DNA from: Syntrophorhabdaceae bacterium
GTDB taxonomy: Bacteria > Desulfobacterota > Syntrophorhabdia > Syntrophorhabdales > Syntrophorhabdaceae
DNA: 64,000 bases
Assembly (NCBI GenBank): GCA_963665295.1
Contig: OY762209.1
Location: 2,880,001 to 2,944,000 of the forward strand
Direction: 5' to 3'
The notes beneath the pieces are model-generated. The model was not told the origin of the DNA. It did no database searches and saw only the letters and a list, made by a program, of their open reading frames with translations. Position 1 is the first letter of the stretch. The number at the start of each line of letters is the position of its first letter. Both the position numbers and the translations under genes were made by a program. Positions 50,297-60,259 of the stretch are shown here, in pieces.

Positions 50297-51046
50297 ATGC
50301 TGATCCTCCTATCGAATGACGACGGCGTCCTTTCCGGGGGGCTTGCGGCGCTCCGGGAAACCCTCAGCAGAAACCATACGGTCTATGTGATTGCTCCGGA
50401 AAGGGAGCGGACCTGTGTTGCCCATGCGATTACCCTTCATAAGCCGCTCAGGGTGAGACAAATGGGGGAAAATATATTCTCCACCAGCGGGACCCCGGCG
50501 GACTGTGTATATCTCGGCGTCAAGGCGCTTCTCCCGAGGGAGCCCGATTTTATTGTTTCGGGGATAAACACGGGACCCAATATGGGCCAGGATGTGAACT
50601 ACTCGGGGACGGTGGCGGCGGCGAAAGAGGGCGCCTTTCTGGGAATTCCTTCCCTGTCGGTCTCCATAAGCGCGAGAAGCGACTTCTTCTTCAAAGATGC
50701 GGCGGGAATTACGGAAGAAATCATCGATATCGTCTCAGGTGAGACCCTCTCCCGGGCCACGTTTTTGAACGTCAACATACCTAATCTGCCCCGGGACCAA
50801 ATAAAGGGTTTTATGGTGACAAGGCTCGGAAAAAGGATATATAATGATATGGTAACGGAGAGAATTGATCCGAGGGGAGCGAAGTATTACTGGATAGGGG
50901 GAAACGGAGAACGATACGAACCGATCGACGGGACTGATTTTCGCGCCATAGAACAGGGTTGTGTTTCCATTACGCCTCTGAGCCTGGACAATACGAGCGA
51001 AAGCTCTATTGGGATATACGAAAAATACTTCAGGAGGGGCTCATGA
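50297..51046 (+). CDS. surE: 5'/3'-nucleotidase SurE
   Basis: LLSNDDG, SGTPADCV, VSGINTGPNMG, YSGTVAAA. Confidence 0.96.
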   Translation: MLILLSNDDGVLSGGLAALRETLSRNHTVYVIAPERERTCVAHAITLHKPLRVRQMGENIFSTSGTPADCVYLGVKALLPREPDFIVSGINTGPNMGQDVNYSGTVAAAKEGAFLGIPSLSVSISARSDFFFKDAAGITEEIIDIVSGETLSRATFLNVNIPNLPRDQIKGFMVTRLGKRIYNDMVTERIDPRGAKYYWIGGNGERYEPIDGTDFRAIEQGCVSITPLSLDNTSESSIGIYEKYFRRGS

Positions 51047-51397
51047 AGATCACCTTATCTGTCATTAAGGCTGATATCGGTAGCATCGGCGGTCACATCA
51101 GACCGAGCGCGAGACTGCTCAAGCGGGTATCGGAGTATATCGGAGACGAGGGCAGGGAGTTGGTCCATGACTTCTTCCCATGCATTCTGCGTCCATAAGG
51201 GCAAACTGACCGAACCGGCGGATGCATTTGACCACCCGTATCGGGATTACATAAGGAACATCGTGTCGAGAAAGTCGACCGGGATAAGACAGCAGGGATT
51301 TTCGGGCGCCGCAATGCTGCCTTACTCCGAACCGGAGTATGGCGGGATCGTCAAGAAAATGGAGAGACTCGAGCCCAAATTTAAGATAAAGGGCTGA
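51043..51397 (+). pseudogene. fbp: Fructose-1,6-bisphosphate aldolase/phosphatase (class V FBPase) relic with a large internal deletion
   Basis: N-terminus MKITLSVIKADIGSIGGHIRPS joined out of frame to C-terminus GKLTEPADAFDHP...IRQQGFSGAAMLPYSEPEYGGI. Confidence 0.85.
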
Positions 51398-51421
51398 CGC
51401 GAAAAAGATTAAAGAGACGGT

Positions 51422-51453
51422 AAGTGGTGAGGTGGTGATTTCCCTCACCACTT
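51422..51453. terminator. Intergenic hairpin (possible terminator)
   Basis: AAGTGGTGAGG-N10-CCTCACCACTT between the fbp relic and miaB; weak U-tract. Confidence 0.45.
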
Positions 51454-51474
51454 GTTACTTCGGGGACAGGGTAC

Positions 51475-52800
51475 ATGAAATTCTATATAGAAACCTTCGG
51501 ATGCCAGATGAACGAGCATGACACGGAGAAGATGGCGTCCCTCCTGACGGATGACGGGTACGAGCGACTGCCGAGCGCCGACGGCGCGGACGTGGTGATC
51601 GTGAACACCTGCGCGGTGCGGGAAAAAGCGGAGCAGAAATTTTACAGCTTCATGGGCAGATTGAGGATTATAAAGAAGAGGAGGAAGCTACTCCTCGGTG
51701 TCACCGGCTGCATAGCTCAGATGGAGAAGGACCAGATTAAGGAGCGGCTGCCCTTCATCGATTTTTCCTTAGGACCTTCGAGTATCAGCAGGATCGGTGA
51801 GGCTATAGAGCACGCATCGAAGAAACATAGTTTTCTCGACTTTTCCGACAACGGGTGCAACGGTCCCTTTTTTGTGAAATCAGGAGATACAAACGGCGGC
51901 CTGAAGTCATATATTACTATCATGAAAGGCTGCAATAATTTCTGCAGTTATTGCATCGTGCCTTATGTGCGGGGGCGCGAAACAAGCAGGAAAAGCGGTG
52001 ATGTCCTGGAGGAGATAGAGGGTCTGGCCCAAAAAGGCGTCAAGGAGGTCACTCTCCTGGGGCAGAATGTGAACTCCTACAATAAAGGAGCGGACGACCT
52101 TTCATTTCCGGACCTTCTCACAGCGATAAACAGGATAGATGGTATCCAAAGGATCAGGTTTATCACATCCCATCCCAAGGACCTGTCCCCGGAGCTTATA
52201 GGCCGTTTCGGAGAACTCGAAAAACTCTGCGAGCATATCCATCTCCCCTTCCAGTCGGGTTCCGATAGGATACTTCGCCTGATGAACCGGGGATACACGG
52301 CGGCGGAATATACGGATAAGATCGGACTCCTCAGGGAGAAATGCCCGGGCATCGCCTTGACCGCCGACTGCATCGTCGGTTTTCCTGGGGAAGATGAATC
52401 CGCCTTTGCCGACACCATGGAGCTTGTTCGGAACGTGAAATTTGACGGAATATTCTCCTTTGTCTATTCCCCGAGGAAATTGACCGCCGCGGCGGACCTT
52501 ATGGGCCTTGTGCCGAGAGAAGTAGGGCTCGAACGGCTTGCGGCCTTGCAGGACCTCCAGAAGACGATCACCATCGACAGGAATAAGGCCATGGAAGGGA
52601 AAAAGGTGGAAGTCCTCGCGGAAGACATGAGCAAGAACTCCGGCGAAGAGATCATGGGGAGAACGAGAACCAACAAGATCGTCAATTTCAAAGGTGACAG
52701 GGACATGATTGGAGAACTGGTCGTGGTGGGCATAGTGAAAGGCTATGCAAATTCGCTCAAGGGTGAGATATCATCCGAAATTGAAGGAGGTACAACATGA
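51475..52800 (+). CDS. miaB: tRNA-i6A37 methylthiotransferase
   Basis: TFGCQMNEHD, NTCAVREKAEQK, GCNNFCSYCIVPYVRG, LLGQNVNSY, TRAM domain. Confidence 0.96.
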   Translation: MKFYIETFGCQMNEHDTEKMASLLTDDGYERLPSADGADVVIVNTCAVREKAEQKFYSFMGRLRIIKKRRKLLLGVTGCIAQMEKDQIKERLPFIDFSLGPSSISRIGEAIEHASKKHSFLDFSDNGCNGPFFVKSGDTNGGLKSYITIMKGCNNFCSYCIVPYVRGRETSRKSGDVLEEIEGLAQKGVKEVTLLGQNVNSYNKGADDLSFPDLLTAINRIDGIQRIRFITSHPKDLSPELIGRFGELEKLCEHIHLPFQSGSDRILRLMNRGYTAAEYTDKIGLLREKCPGIALTADCIVGFPGEDESAFADTMELVRNVKFDGIFSFVYSPRKLTAAADLMGLVPREVGLERLAALQDLQKTITIDRNKAMEGKKVEVLAEDMSKNSGEEIMGRTRTNKIVNFKGDRDMIGELVVVGIVKGYANSLKGEISSEIEGGTT

Positions 52801-53294
52801 TGAAAGAGATGAGAGTTGCGGGCATTACCGTGGATCCTTTCACTAATACACCGATCGTAATTTTGAAGGACCTTGAGGACGAGGAGGCGCTTCCGATCTG
52901 GATCGGCCTCCTCGAAGCATCGAGTATTGCCACCGCGATTGAAAATATTCAGACCCCGAGGCCCATGACCCACGACCTGCTGAAGAATATTCTTGACAGG
53001 CTCCACGCAGAGGTCATCAAGATAGAGGTAAACGACCTTAAGGAGAACACCTTCTACGCGCTCCTTCACGTGAGGGTAGGGAACGAAACGTTCACTATCG
53101 ACTCGAGACCGAGTGACGCTATCGCCATTGCCCTTCGGACCGGCGCGTCCATATTCGTGGAAGAAGGCGTGATAAAGAGGGCGGCCAAGGTAGAGGCCAC
53201 CCAGAAAGGCGACAAGGTGGTTACCGATACGACGGAATGGGAAGAACTGCTGGAAGGTCTTTCCCAGGAAGATTTCGGCAAATACAAGATGTAG
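52797..53294 (+). CDS. Bifunctional nuclease (DUF151) family protein
   Basis: LPIWIGLLEA, PRPMTHDL, IDSRPSDAIAIAL. Confidence 0.93.
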   Translation: MMKEMRVAGITVDPFTNTPIVILKDLEDEEALPIWIGLLEASSIATAIENIQTPRPMTHDLLKNILDRLHAEVIKIEVNDLKENTFYALLHVRVGNETFTIDSRPSDAIAIALRTGASIFVEEGVIKRAAKVEATQKGDKVVTDTTEWEELLEGLSQEDFGKYKM

Positions 53295-53296
53295 CC

Positions 53297-53956
53297 ATGA
53301 TAGACCTTCATACCCATTCATTACTGAGCGACGGCGAGCTTCTGCCCTCCGAGTTGATACGGAGGGCGAAGGTAAGAGGATACAGGATGATCGGTATCTC
53401 GGACCATGTGGACATTTCCAACATTGAAAGAGTTGCCTCTTCAGTCCTGAAGTTGAGTGAGAAGATCGAGCATTACGAGGATATTACCATTCTGCCGGGG
53501 GTCGAGATCACCCATGTGCCGAAAAGGCTTGTGAAAGAGACAATAGCCCTGGCACGGAGGCTTGGCATTTTCTACGTGGTGGTCCACGGGGAGACCATCG
53601 CCGAGCCGGTGGAAGAAGGGACGAACAGACAGGCCATAGAGGGCGGGGCGGATATACTTGCCCATCCCGGTATCATATCGGAGGAAGATGTGCTCCTTGC
53701 AAAGGAGCGCAACGTTCTCCTCGAAATAAGCGGACGGAAAGGCCATTCCCTGTCGAACGGTCATGTGGCGAAGCTTGCCGGCAGGATTGGCGCGAAACTG
53801 GTATTCAACACCGATGCCCACAGTCCTTCCGACCTGGTTACGGAGCAGCAGGCGAGGAGGGTGGTTATGGGGGCCGGACTTACAGCGGAGGATTTTTACG
53901 TGATGCAGGAGAATGCGGTTGCGTTGGTAAAAAAGGCGATAGGGAAAAAGTCATGA
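53297..53956 (+). CDS. PHP-domain protein (histidinol-phosphatase-like)
   Basis: MIDLHTHS, ISDH, GVEITHVP, VVHGET, LAHPG, NTDAH. Confidence 0.9.
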   Translation: MIDLHTHSLLSDGELLPSELIRRAKVRGYRMIGISDHVDISNIERVASSVLKLSEKIEHYEDITILPGVEITHVPKRLVKETIALARRLGIFYVVVHGETIAEPVEEGTNRQAIEGGADILAHPGIISEEDVLLAKERNVLLEISGRKGHSLSNGHVAKLAGRIGAKLVFNTDAHSPSDLVTEQQARRVVMGAGLTAEDFYVMQENAVALVKKAIGKKS

Positions 53957-55029
53957 GTCTCACCATAGATGAGAGTGTAAAGAAAATCCCTTATTACCCG
54001 AGAGCAATGATGTACGGACTTGAAGAAGGATGGGTAAGGCTTGCGTCGAACGAGAACCCTTACCCCCCGTCGGCGAAGGTCCTGTCATCCATCATGGATG
54101 TGCTTTTGGACATGAACAGGTATCCGGGTGGAGAAGGTGATCTGAAAGACGCTATTGCGGACCTTTACGGAATCAAATCCGACCAGATCGTCCTGGGCGA
54201 CGGCTCGGACGAGTTGATAGAGATGATATTGAGGGCCATGAAACTCGAAGGGCGGAACGAAGTGATCGTGGCCGAGCCCTCATTCCCCTTCTATACGATC
54301 GCGGCAGCGATTTATGGGTATGAAGTCCGGAAAGTGCCCATTGTCGATATGAAAGTGGATCTGGCGTCCATAAAGAACGCCATAGACGAACGCACGAGGG
54401 TCGTCTTTCTCAACAACCCCCTCAATCCGACAGGAACCTTCTTTAACGACGAATCCTTTCGTTCCTTTCTCGCAGACCTGCCATCGGACGTGCTTCTGGT
54501 GGTCGATGAAGCCTATGCGGAATTTGCGGAAGACAAGAGGTTTCCCGACACGTTCCCCTGGGTGAACAGCCACCCGGTCATCGTGCTCAGGACCTTTTCA
54601 AAGGCTTACGCCCTTGCGGGCCTTCGCATCGGGTACGGGGTGGCGGAAGCATCCCTGATCTCCTACCTCGACAGGGCCAAACAACCTTTCAGCGTAAACG
54701 TGCTCGCCCTGACAGGGGCGCGCGCGGCCGTGGCCGACAGGCCCTACCTTGCAAGAATCCTGGAGAATAACCGAAAAGGGAAGGAGTTCCTTTACGCCGG
54801 ACTGAAGAGGCTTTCCCTTGAATACGTTCCCACAGAGGCGAACTTCATACTCTTCAGGCTCGGCGAACAGGCGGAGGCCGCAGTAAAGAGACTTTTCGAG
54901 GAGAAGATTCTCGTGAGGTGGATGGGAGCCTACAAGCTTCCCGAATATATCAGGGTATCGGTGGGCACGCCCGATGAGAACACCCGGTTTATCGAGGCCT
55001 TGGGCCGGATAGTAGAAGAAGGAAGATAA
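53953..55029 (+). CDS. hisC: Histidinol-phosphate aminotransferase
   Basis: LASNENP, GSDELI, NPLNPTG, DEAYAEF, RTFSKAYALAGLRIGY. Confidence 0.93.
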   Translation: MSLTIDESVKKIPYYPRAMMYGLEEGWVRLASNENPYPPSAKVLSSIMDVLLDMNRYPGGEGDLKDAIADLYGIKSDQIVLGDGSDELIEMILRAMKLEGRNEVIVAEPSFPFYTIAAAIYGYEVRKVPIVDMKVDLASIKNAIDERTRVVFLNNPLNPTGTFFNDESFRSFLADLPSDVLLVVDEAYAEFAEDKRFPDTFPWVNSHPVIVLRTFSKAYALAGLRIGYGVAEASLISYLDRAKQPFSVNVLALTGARAAVADRPYLARILENNRKGKEFLYAGLKRLSLEYVPTEANFILFRLGEQAEAAVKRLFEEKILVRWMGAYKLPEYIRVSVGTPDENTRFIEALGRIVEEGR

Positions 55030-55091
55030 GAAAAAGTACGCGTAAAGGAAGGCCGGTGTCCGAGTGAACATGACCCGGCAAGGGGGTACTA

Positions 55092-55769
55092 GTGTCCGAA
55101 ACCACAACCAAAGGCCTCATCGTCACCATAGACGGGCCAAGCGGCGCCGGGAAAAGCACGGTAGCCAGAATGCTTGCGAAGGCCCTCCACTATACTTATA
55201 TTGACACGGGAGCAATGTACAGGGGCGTGGCGGTTGCCTACGCCAAGGCGGGAAAACCCGGAGACCTGGAGGGTTTTCTCAAGGAACTCGATATCGAATT
55301 CGACTTCAGGGGCGACACGTCGGTTACGCTTCACGGAGAAGACATAAGCGGCAGAATCAGGGAGCCTGAAATTTCGCTTCTTGCGTCGAACCTCTCGCAG
55401 AACAGGGTCGTGAGGGAATATCTCTGGGCGATCCAAAGGGAAATGGGCAAAAAAGGCGGGATAGTACTGGAGGGAAGGGATACGGGCAGCGTGGTATTCC
55501 CTGACGCAGAGGTGAAATTCTACCTTGACGCAGATCTCTCCGAGCGGGCGAGAAGGAGACACCTTGAACTCGCGTCGAAGGGCGCGGCCCCGGATTCCGT
55601 CACCGTGGAGACGGAGATGGCCGAGAGGGACAGGAACGATTCCGGTCGGGATATTGCGCCGCTGGTGATCCCTGAAGGGGCGGTACGCGTGGATACCTCG
55701 GGGATCGATGCAAAGCAGGTCACCGATATCATGCTCCGTCATATTTCCGGGAAGGGCAGAAAGGGATGA
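55092..55769 (+). CDS. cmk: Cytidylate kinase
   Basis: IDGPSGAGKST, DTGAMYR, EGRDTGSVVFPDA. Confidence 0.96.
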   Translation: MSETTTKGLIVTIDGPSGAGKSTVARMLAKALHYTYIDTGAMYRGVAVAYAKAGKPGDLEGFLKELDIEFDFRGDTSVTLHGEDISGRIREPEISLLASNLSQNRVVREYLWAIQREMGKKGGIVLEGRDTGSVVFPDAEVKFYLDADLSERARRRHLELASKGAAPDSVTVETEMAERDRNDSGRDIAPLVIPEGAVRVDTSGIDAKQVTDIMLRHISGKGRKG

Positions 55770-56587
55770 AAGTAATCAAGTCCAAACACTCGGGGTTTTG
55801 CTTCGGAGTCAAACGGGCCATCGGAATTGTGGAGAAGGAACTCCGGCAGGGCGCACGCAAGCTCTATACCATAGGCCCCATAATTCATAACCCCCAGATG
55901 GTAAAAATGCTCGAGGAGAGGGGCGTGGTCCCCCTTCATGACATCCGTGAGGCTGACGAGGGAGTGGTCGTATTCAGAACTCACGGTATAAGGAAAGAAG
56001 AAGAGGAATACATTGGAATGCGGAACCTGAGGGCTGTCGATGCCGTGTGCCCTTTTGTGAAGAAGGTAAGGAAGTACGCGCTCTATCTTGAGAAAAACGG
56101 CTATACTGTCGTAATCGTTGGAGATAAAAACCACCCGGAAGTGAAAAGTGTATTGAGTTATTTGAACAATGATGGTATTGTATTGCAAAAACCGGCTCCT
56201 GTCCGCGCAAAGAAGATCGGGGTCGTGAGTCAGACTACGCTTGACAACGACACTTTTACGGGCGTAGTCAACGGGCTTATAGAAGGGGCGGAGGAAATAA
56301 GGGTTTACAATACGATCTGCGAGAGCACGCAAGTCAGGCAAAAGGAAGCGGCAGATCTCTCCTCCGAGGTAGACGTCATGCTGATCGTGGGTGGCAGGAA
56401 CAGCTCGAATACAACGAAACTTTACAACATAGTAAAGAAGATACAGCCCCGCACCTATCACATAGAGACAGAAGCTGATTTGCAGCCTGAATGGTTTGCC
56501 GGGGCAGAAAGAGTGGGGATAACAGGGGGTGCTTCAACTCCTGATCTCATAATAGATTTAGTGGAGAGGCGCGTAAAAAACTTTTAG
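55766..56587 (+). CDS. ispH: 4-hydroxy-3-methylbut-2-enyl diphosphate reductase
   Basis: GFCFGVKRA, IIHNP, CPFV, HPEV, QTT, TICEST, NSSNT, GASTP. Confidence 0.96.
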   Translation: MKVIKSKHSGFCFGVKRAIGIVEKELRQGARKLYTIGPIIHNPQMVKMLEERGVVPLHDIREADEGVVVFRTHGIRKEEEEYIGMRNLRAVDAVCPFVKKVRKYALYLEKNGYTVVIVGDKNHPEVKSVLSYLNNDGIVLQKPAPVRAKKIGVVSQTTLDNDTFTGVVNGLIEGAEEIRVYNTICESTQVRQKEAADLSSEVDVMLIVGGRNSSNTTKLYNIVKKIQPRTYHIETEADLQPEWFAGAERVGITGGASTPDLIIDLVERRVKNF

Positions 56588-56595
56588 GGGGTCAC

Positions 56596-58317
56596 ATGGT
56601 AGAGACTGTTGACACATCTGCACAAAAAGAGAATACCGTAGAGGAGATGAAGGAGCTCTATGAGACTTCCCTGAGGAGTCTGCAAGACGGTAATATTTTG
56701 AAGGGAAAAATCATCGATATCAACGGCGACGCGGTCATCGTGGACGTGGGCCTGAAGTCTGAAGGTAAGGTTTCCCTCTCCGAGTTCGGCGGTACGGAAG
56801 TAAAAGTGGGAGATGAAGTCGAGGTCATGGTCGTAGGCAGGGAAAGGGAATTCGGCCTCCTGCTCCTTTCCAAGCAAAAAGTTGACGGTATCAGGGTCTG
56901 GACCAACCTCGAAAAAGCGAGTGAAGACGGTACCCCTGTGGATGGAGATATTATATCGGAAGTAAAGAGCGGTTTCATGGTGGACCTGGGTGGAGTACAC
57001 GCCTTCCTTCCCATATCGCAGGTGGACGTGAAGCCCGTGAAGAACCCCGCATCCTTTGTGGGCAGGCATCTGAAGTTCAAAGTGCTCAAGGTAAACAAAC
57101 GGAAAGGCAACGTAATAGTTTCGAGAAGAATCCTGATGGAGGAAGAGCGGGAAAAGAAGAAACAGGAATTCTGGAAGAATATCAAAGACGGGCAGGTCGT
57201 GTACGGGTTCATCAGGAATATTACCGACTACGGTGCGTTTGTGGACCTTGGCGGCGTTGACGGCCTCCTCTATCTTAACGACATTACGTGGGGCAGGATA
57301 ACCCACCCCAAGGAATACCTGAGGGTCGGCGATGAGGTTAAAGTAAAGGTACTCGCCATCGATTACGAAAAAGAACGGATCTCGGTAGGCATAAAGCAGT
57401 TGAAGGCCGATCCGTGGCTCAAGATAGAAGAGAAATATCCCGAAGCGGCAAAGGTAAAAGGCAAGGTAGTCGGGATCGTGGATTACGGCGTTTTTGTGGA
57501 GCTCGAGCAAGGCGTGGAGGGGCTGCTCCATATAAGCGAAATGAGTTGGGACAGGAAGCTCAAGAACCCGGGCAAGCTCGTAAACAAGGGAGACTGGCTG
57601 GAACTCGTAATTCTCGGATTCGACAAGGAGAAAAAGAGGATATCCCTCGGCATGAAGCAGTTGCTGCCCGACCCATGGGAAGAACTGACGGGTGAGTACC
57701 CTCCCGGCTCGGTGGTAAAGGGTAAGGTCAAGAATTTCACCGAATTCGGCATGTTCGTGGGCATCGGGAACGGTATAGACGGATTGATCCATATTTCCGA
57801 GATATCATGGTCGAGAAGAAAAAAGATCGTATCCGAGACCTATAAGAAGGGCATGCCCGTGGAAGCGCTCGTCCTGAACGTGGACAAGGATGCCAAGAAG
57901 TTTTCCCTGAGCATAAAGAGACTGAAAGATGACCCCTGGAAGGGACTCGTTACCCGCTATCATTCGGGTGACACGGTGGAAGGGTATGTTACGAGTATTA
58001 CCGACTTCGGCGTGTTTGTGGAGATAGAGGAAGGCGTGGAAGGCCTTATACATCTCTCCGAGATAGAGGACCTGCAGGGCAAGAATCTCGGAGACCTCTT
58101 TACCCTGGACGATACGGTAAAGGCGGCCATCCTGAGCATAGATGAGAAGAACAAGAGAATAGGCCTCAGTGTCAAGGCGCTGAGAAAGGCTGAAGACAAG
58201 AGGTCGGGCGACTCGTTCGTCATCAATATCAACAAGGACGAGGGGGCCTTTTCCACTCTTGGGGACGCGTTTGAGCGCGCCATGAACAGAGATAACAACC
58301 ACGATACTTCCGCGTGA
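56596..58317 (+). CDS. rpsA: 30S ribosomal protein S1
   Basis: Tandem S1 repeats (YGAFVDLGGVDGLL, GVEGLLHISEMSW etc.). Confidence 0.97.
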   Translation: MVETVDTSAQKENTVEEMKELYETSLRSLQDGNILKGKIIDINGDAVIVDVGLKSEGKVSLSEFGGTEVKVGDEVEVMVVGREREFGLLLLSKQKVDGIRVWTNLEKASEDGTPVDGDIISEVKSGFMVDLGGVHAFLPISQVDVKPVKNPASFVGRHLKFKVLKVNKRKGNVIVSRRILMEEEREKKKQEFWKNIKDGQVVYGFIRNITDYGAFVDLGGVDGLLYLNDITWGRITHPKEYLRVGDEVKVKVLAIDYEKERISVGIKQLKADPWLKIEEKYPEAAKVKGKVVGIVDYGVFVELEQGVEGLLHISEMSWDRKLKNPGKLVNKGDWLELVILGFDKEKKRISLGMKQLLPDPWEELTGEYPPGSVVKGKVKNFTEFGMFVGIGNGIDGLIHISEISWSRRKKIVSETYKKGMPVEALVLNVDKDAKKFSLSIKRLKDDPWKGLVTRYHSGDTVEGYVTSITDFGVFVEIEEGVEGLIHLSEIEDLQGKNLGDLFTLDDTVKAAILSIDEKNKRIGLSVKALRKAEDKRSGDSFVININKDEGAFSTLGDAFERAMNRDNNHDTSA

Positions 58318-58334
58318 TGCGGGGAGGCGGGTGC

Positions 58335-58511
58335 ATGCCTATAAGTAAAGAGTTACTTGACATACTTTGCTGCCCGAAGTGCAAGGGCGACATACGGCTC
58401 AATGAATCGAAAGATGGGCTTATCTGCGATTCATGCAAGCTTTTGTATCCCATAAAGGACGATATACCCGTCATGCTCATTGACGAGGCATTACCGATTG
58501 ATCCGAAGTAG
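58335..58511 (+). CDS. Trm112/YcaR-family protein
   Basis: LLDILCCPKCKG...YPIKDDIPVMLIDEA. Confidence 0.92.
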   Translation: MPISKELLDILCCPKCKGDIRLNESKDGLICDSCKLLYPIKDDIPVMLIDEALPIDPK

Positions 58512-58517
58512 CCGCAT

Positions 58518-59399
58518 GTGATTGTAGATTTTATCCTGATTTTTATCATCAAGTCGTTTCAGCAGTTCCTGAGGCTTTTGCCCGAACACGTTCAACAACG
58601 AGTCGGGCTCGCCTTGGGGAGAGGGATGCACCTCGTATTGGGGAAGAGACGGCGTGTTGCGGTCTCGAACCTCAAAAAGGCTTTCCCTCACCTCGATGAC
58701 AAGGCCGCTTCAACCATTGCAAAGAAGTGTTTTGAGAACCTCGGAATAAACTTCGTGGAATCCATGGTCCTTCCTTTCATCCCGAAGGATGAGTTTCCCA
58801 CCCGTTTCACCATGGTGAACAGGCATTTCGCCGACGAGGCCCTGGATAGAAACAAGGGCATGATGGCCCTCGTTTTCCACTATGCGAACTGGGAGATCAT
58901 GGGTGTCGCATCCCATTTCCTGGAGCGGGACATCATAGTCCTTGCGCGGCCGCTGAAAAGGCACCAACGGATCAACGCCTATCTGAACCAACTCAGGGGA
59001 CAGACGGGGCTTACGGTCATACCCAATGCCAACACGGGCAAGGATGTGATCAGGTACCTCAAAGAGAATAAGATCGTGGCAATCCTCGGAGACCAGAGGG
59101 AGAAACGGTCAAAGGGCGTTTATGTGGAGTTTTTCGGCGACAAGGCGCCCACCTCCAAAGGTATCGCCATGATCGGCATGAAAACGGGGGCTCCCGTGGT
59201 TCCTTTCTATTACAGGAGGGAGGGGTTTCTGCGATACGCCATAGTCTGTTCCCCCGCTCTCGAGATGGAGAGGAAAGGCAACATTGAGGAGCTTATCTAC
59301 CGCAACACGAGAAAGATAAACGCCTTTCTCGAGGACATCATAAGGGAGCGTCCGGAGGAATGGTTCTGGGTGCACAGACGATGGGCGAGGAAGAGTTAG
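58518..59399 (+). CDS. Lipid A late acyltransferase (LpxL/HtrB family)
   Basis: HYANWE, LGDQ, VEFFG, PEEWFWVHRRW. Confidence 0.88.
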   Translation: MIVDFILIFIIKSFQQFLRLLPEHVQQRVGLALGRGMHLVLGKRRRVAVSNLKKAFPHLDDKAASTIAKKCFENLGINFVESMVLPFIPKDEFPTRFTMVNRHFADEALDRNKGMMALVFHYANWEIMGVASHFLERDIIVLARPLKRHQRINAYLNQLRGQTGLTVIPNANTGKDVIRYLKENKIVAILGDQREKRSKGVYVEFFGDKAPTSKGIAMIGMKTGAPVVPFYYRREGFLRYAIVCSPALEMERKGNIEELIYRNTRKINAFLEDIIRERPEEWFWVHRRWARKS

Positions 59400-59406
59400 G
59401 CCCGGG

Positions 59407-60204
59407 CTACTTGCCGGGGCCATAGAAAAGCCGTTCCACAAACCAGCCCGCCTTATTGAGGAGTCTCTTTCTCCCGGCCTTCTGCTCCATGACGGAGACG
59501 ATATTATACCCGGAAAGCCTCCGGTAGGTCCTGAGAAAAAGGACTCTTTCCCTCAAACTGAAGGCGGCGACACCCTTTCTCTCCATCTTCTCGGCGAACC
59601 TGTTCAGCCTCCAGAACATGCGGATCATGAGGTCTTTTGTCGATCCATCTCTCACGCTTTTATCAAAGTCGAGGAATATCATCCCCTGTTTCGCGGTAAC
59701 GAGGACATTGTTGAGATGGAGATCCGGGTGATAGACGCCCAATCCCTCGAGACGGTAGAGGTGCGTTGCAAGCCGCCTTATGGCCCTCATCCGCGCCATT
59801 CTTCCCGACAGGGAGAGATATTCCAGTAAATCCACGGCCTTTTCCACAAACCGTGTGAGGAAGTAGAGGCGTCTCAAGAGAAAACGTTTTTCCACGATGA
59901 CTGCAAAGGGCTCCACCACAGGGAACCCGTTGTCTCTCAGATAGCGGGTGACTTCCATCTCCCTTATTGCCCTTCGGCTCGAAAGGAATATGTCCCTTGT
60001 GAAGGCCCTGAACAGCCCGCCATGAACATATTCCCTGCAGGCGAGTGTCGTGGGGCCTACTCGTACCAGACTGATGCCCCCACGGCCCTTGCCGTGTATC
60101 GTGGGCGCTTTCGCGAGTGCGTCTATCAGGAGAGAAGGCTCAACGGTTTCTTCCGCGAAGTAAACGGAATACCGTCCGTGGGTTATCTCTGTAAGGGGCG
60201 TCAT
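59407..60204 (-). CDS. Kdo kinase-like lipopolysaccharide kinase
   Basis: GKGRGG, REYVHGGL, GVYHPDLHLNNVL, FLDFDKS, RLNR. Confidence 0.78.
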   Translation of the reverse strand: MTPLTEITHGRYSVYFAEETVEPSLLIDALAKAPTIHGKGRGGISLVRVGPTTLACREYVHGGLFRAFTRDIFLSSRRAIREMEVTRYLRDNGFPVVEPFAVIVEKRFLLRRLYFLTRFVEKAVDLLEYLSLSGRMARMRAIRRLATHLYRLEGLGVYHPDLHLNNVLVTAKQGMIFLDFDKSVRDGSTKDLMIRMFWRLNRFAEKMERKGVAAFSLRERVLFLRTYRRLSGYNIVSVMEQKAGRKRLLNKAGWFVERLFYGPGK

Positions 60205-60259
60205 GTCGAATGCCTATGAGTTTAAACGATAAACGCGGATTTTCCAACACTTCTTTTAA

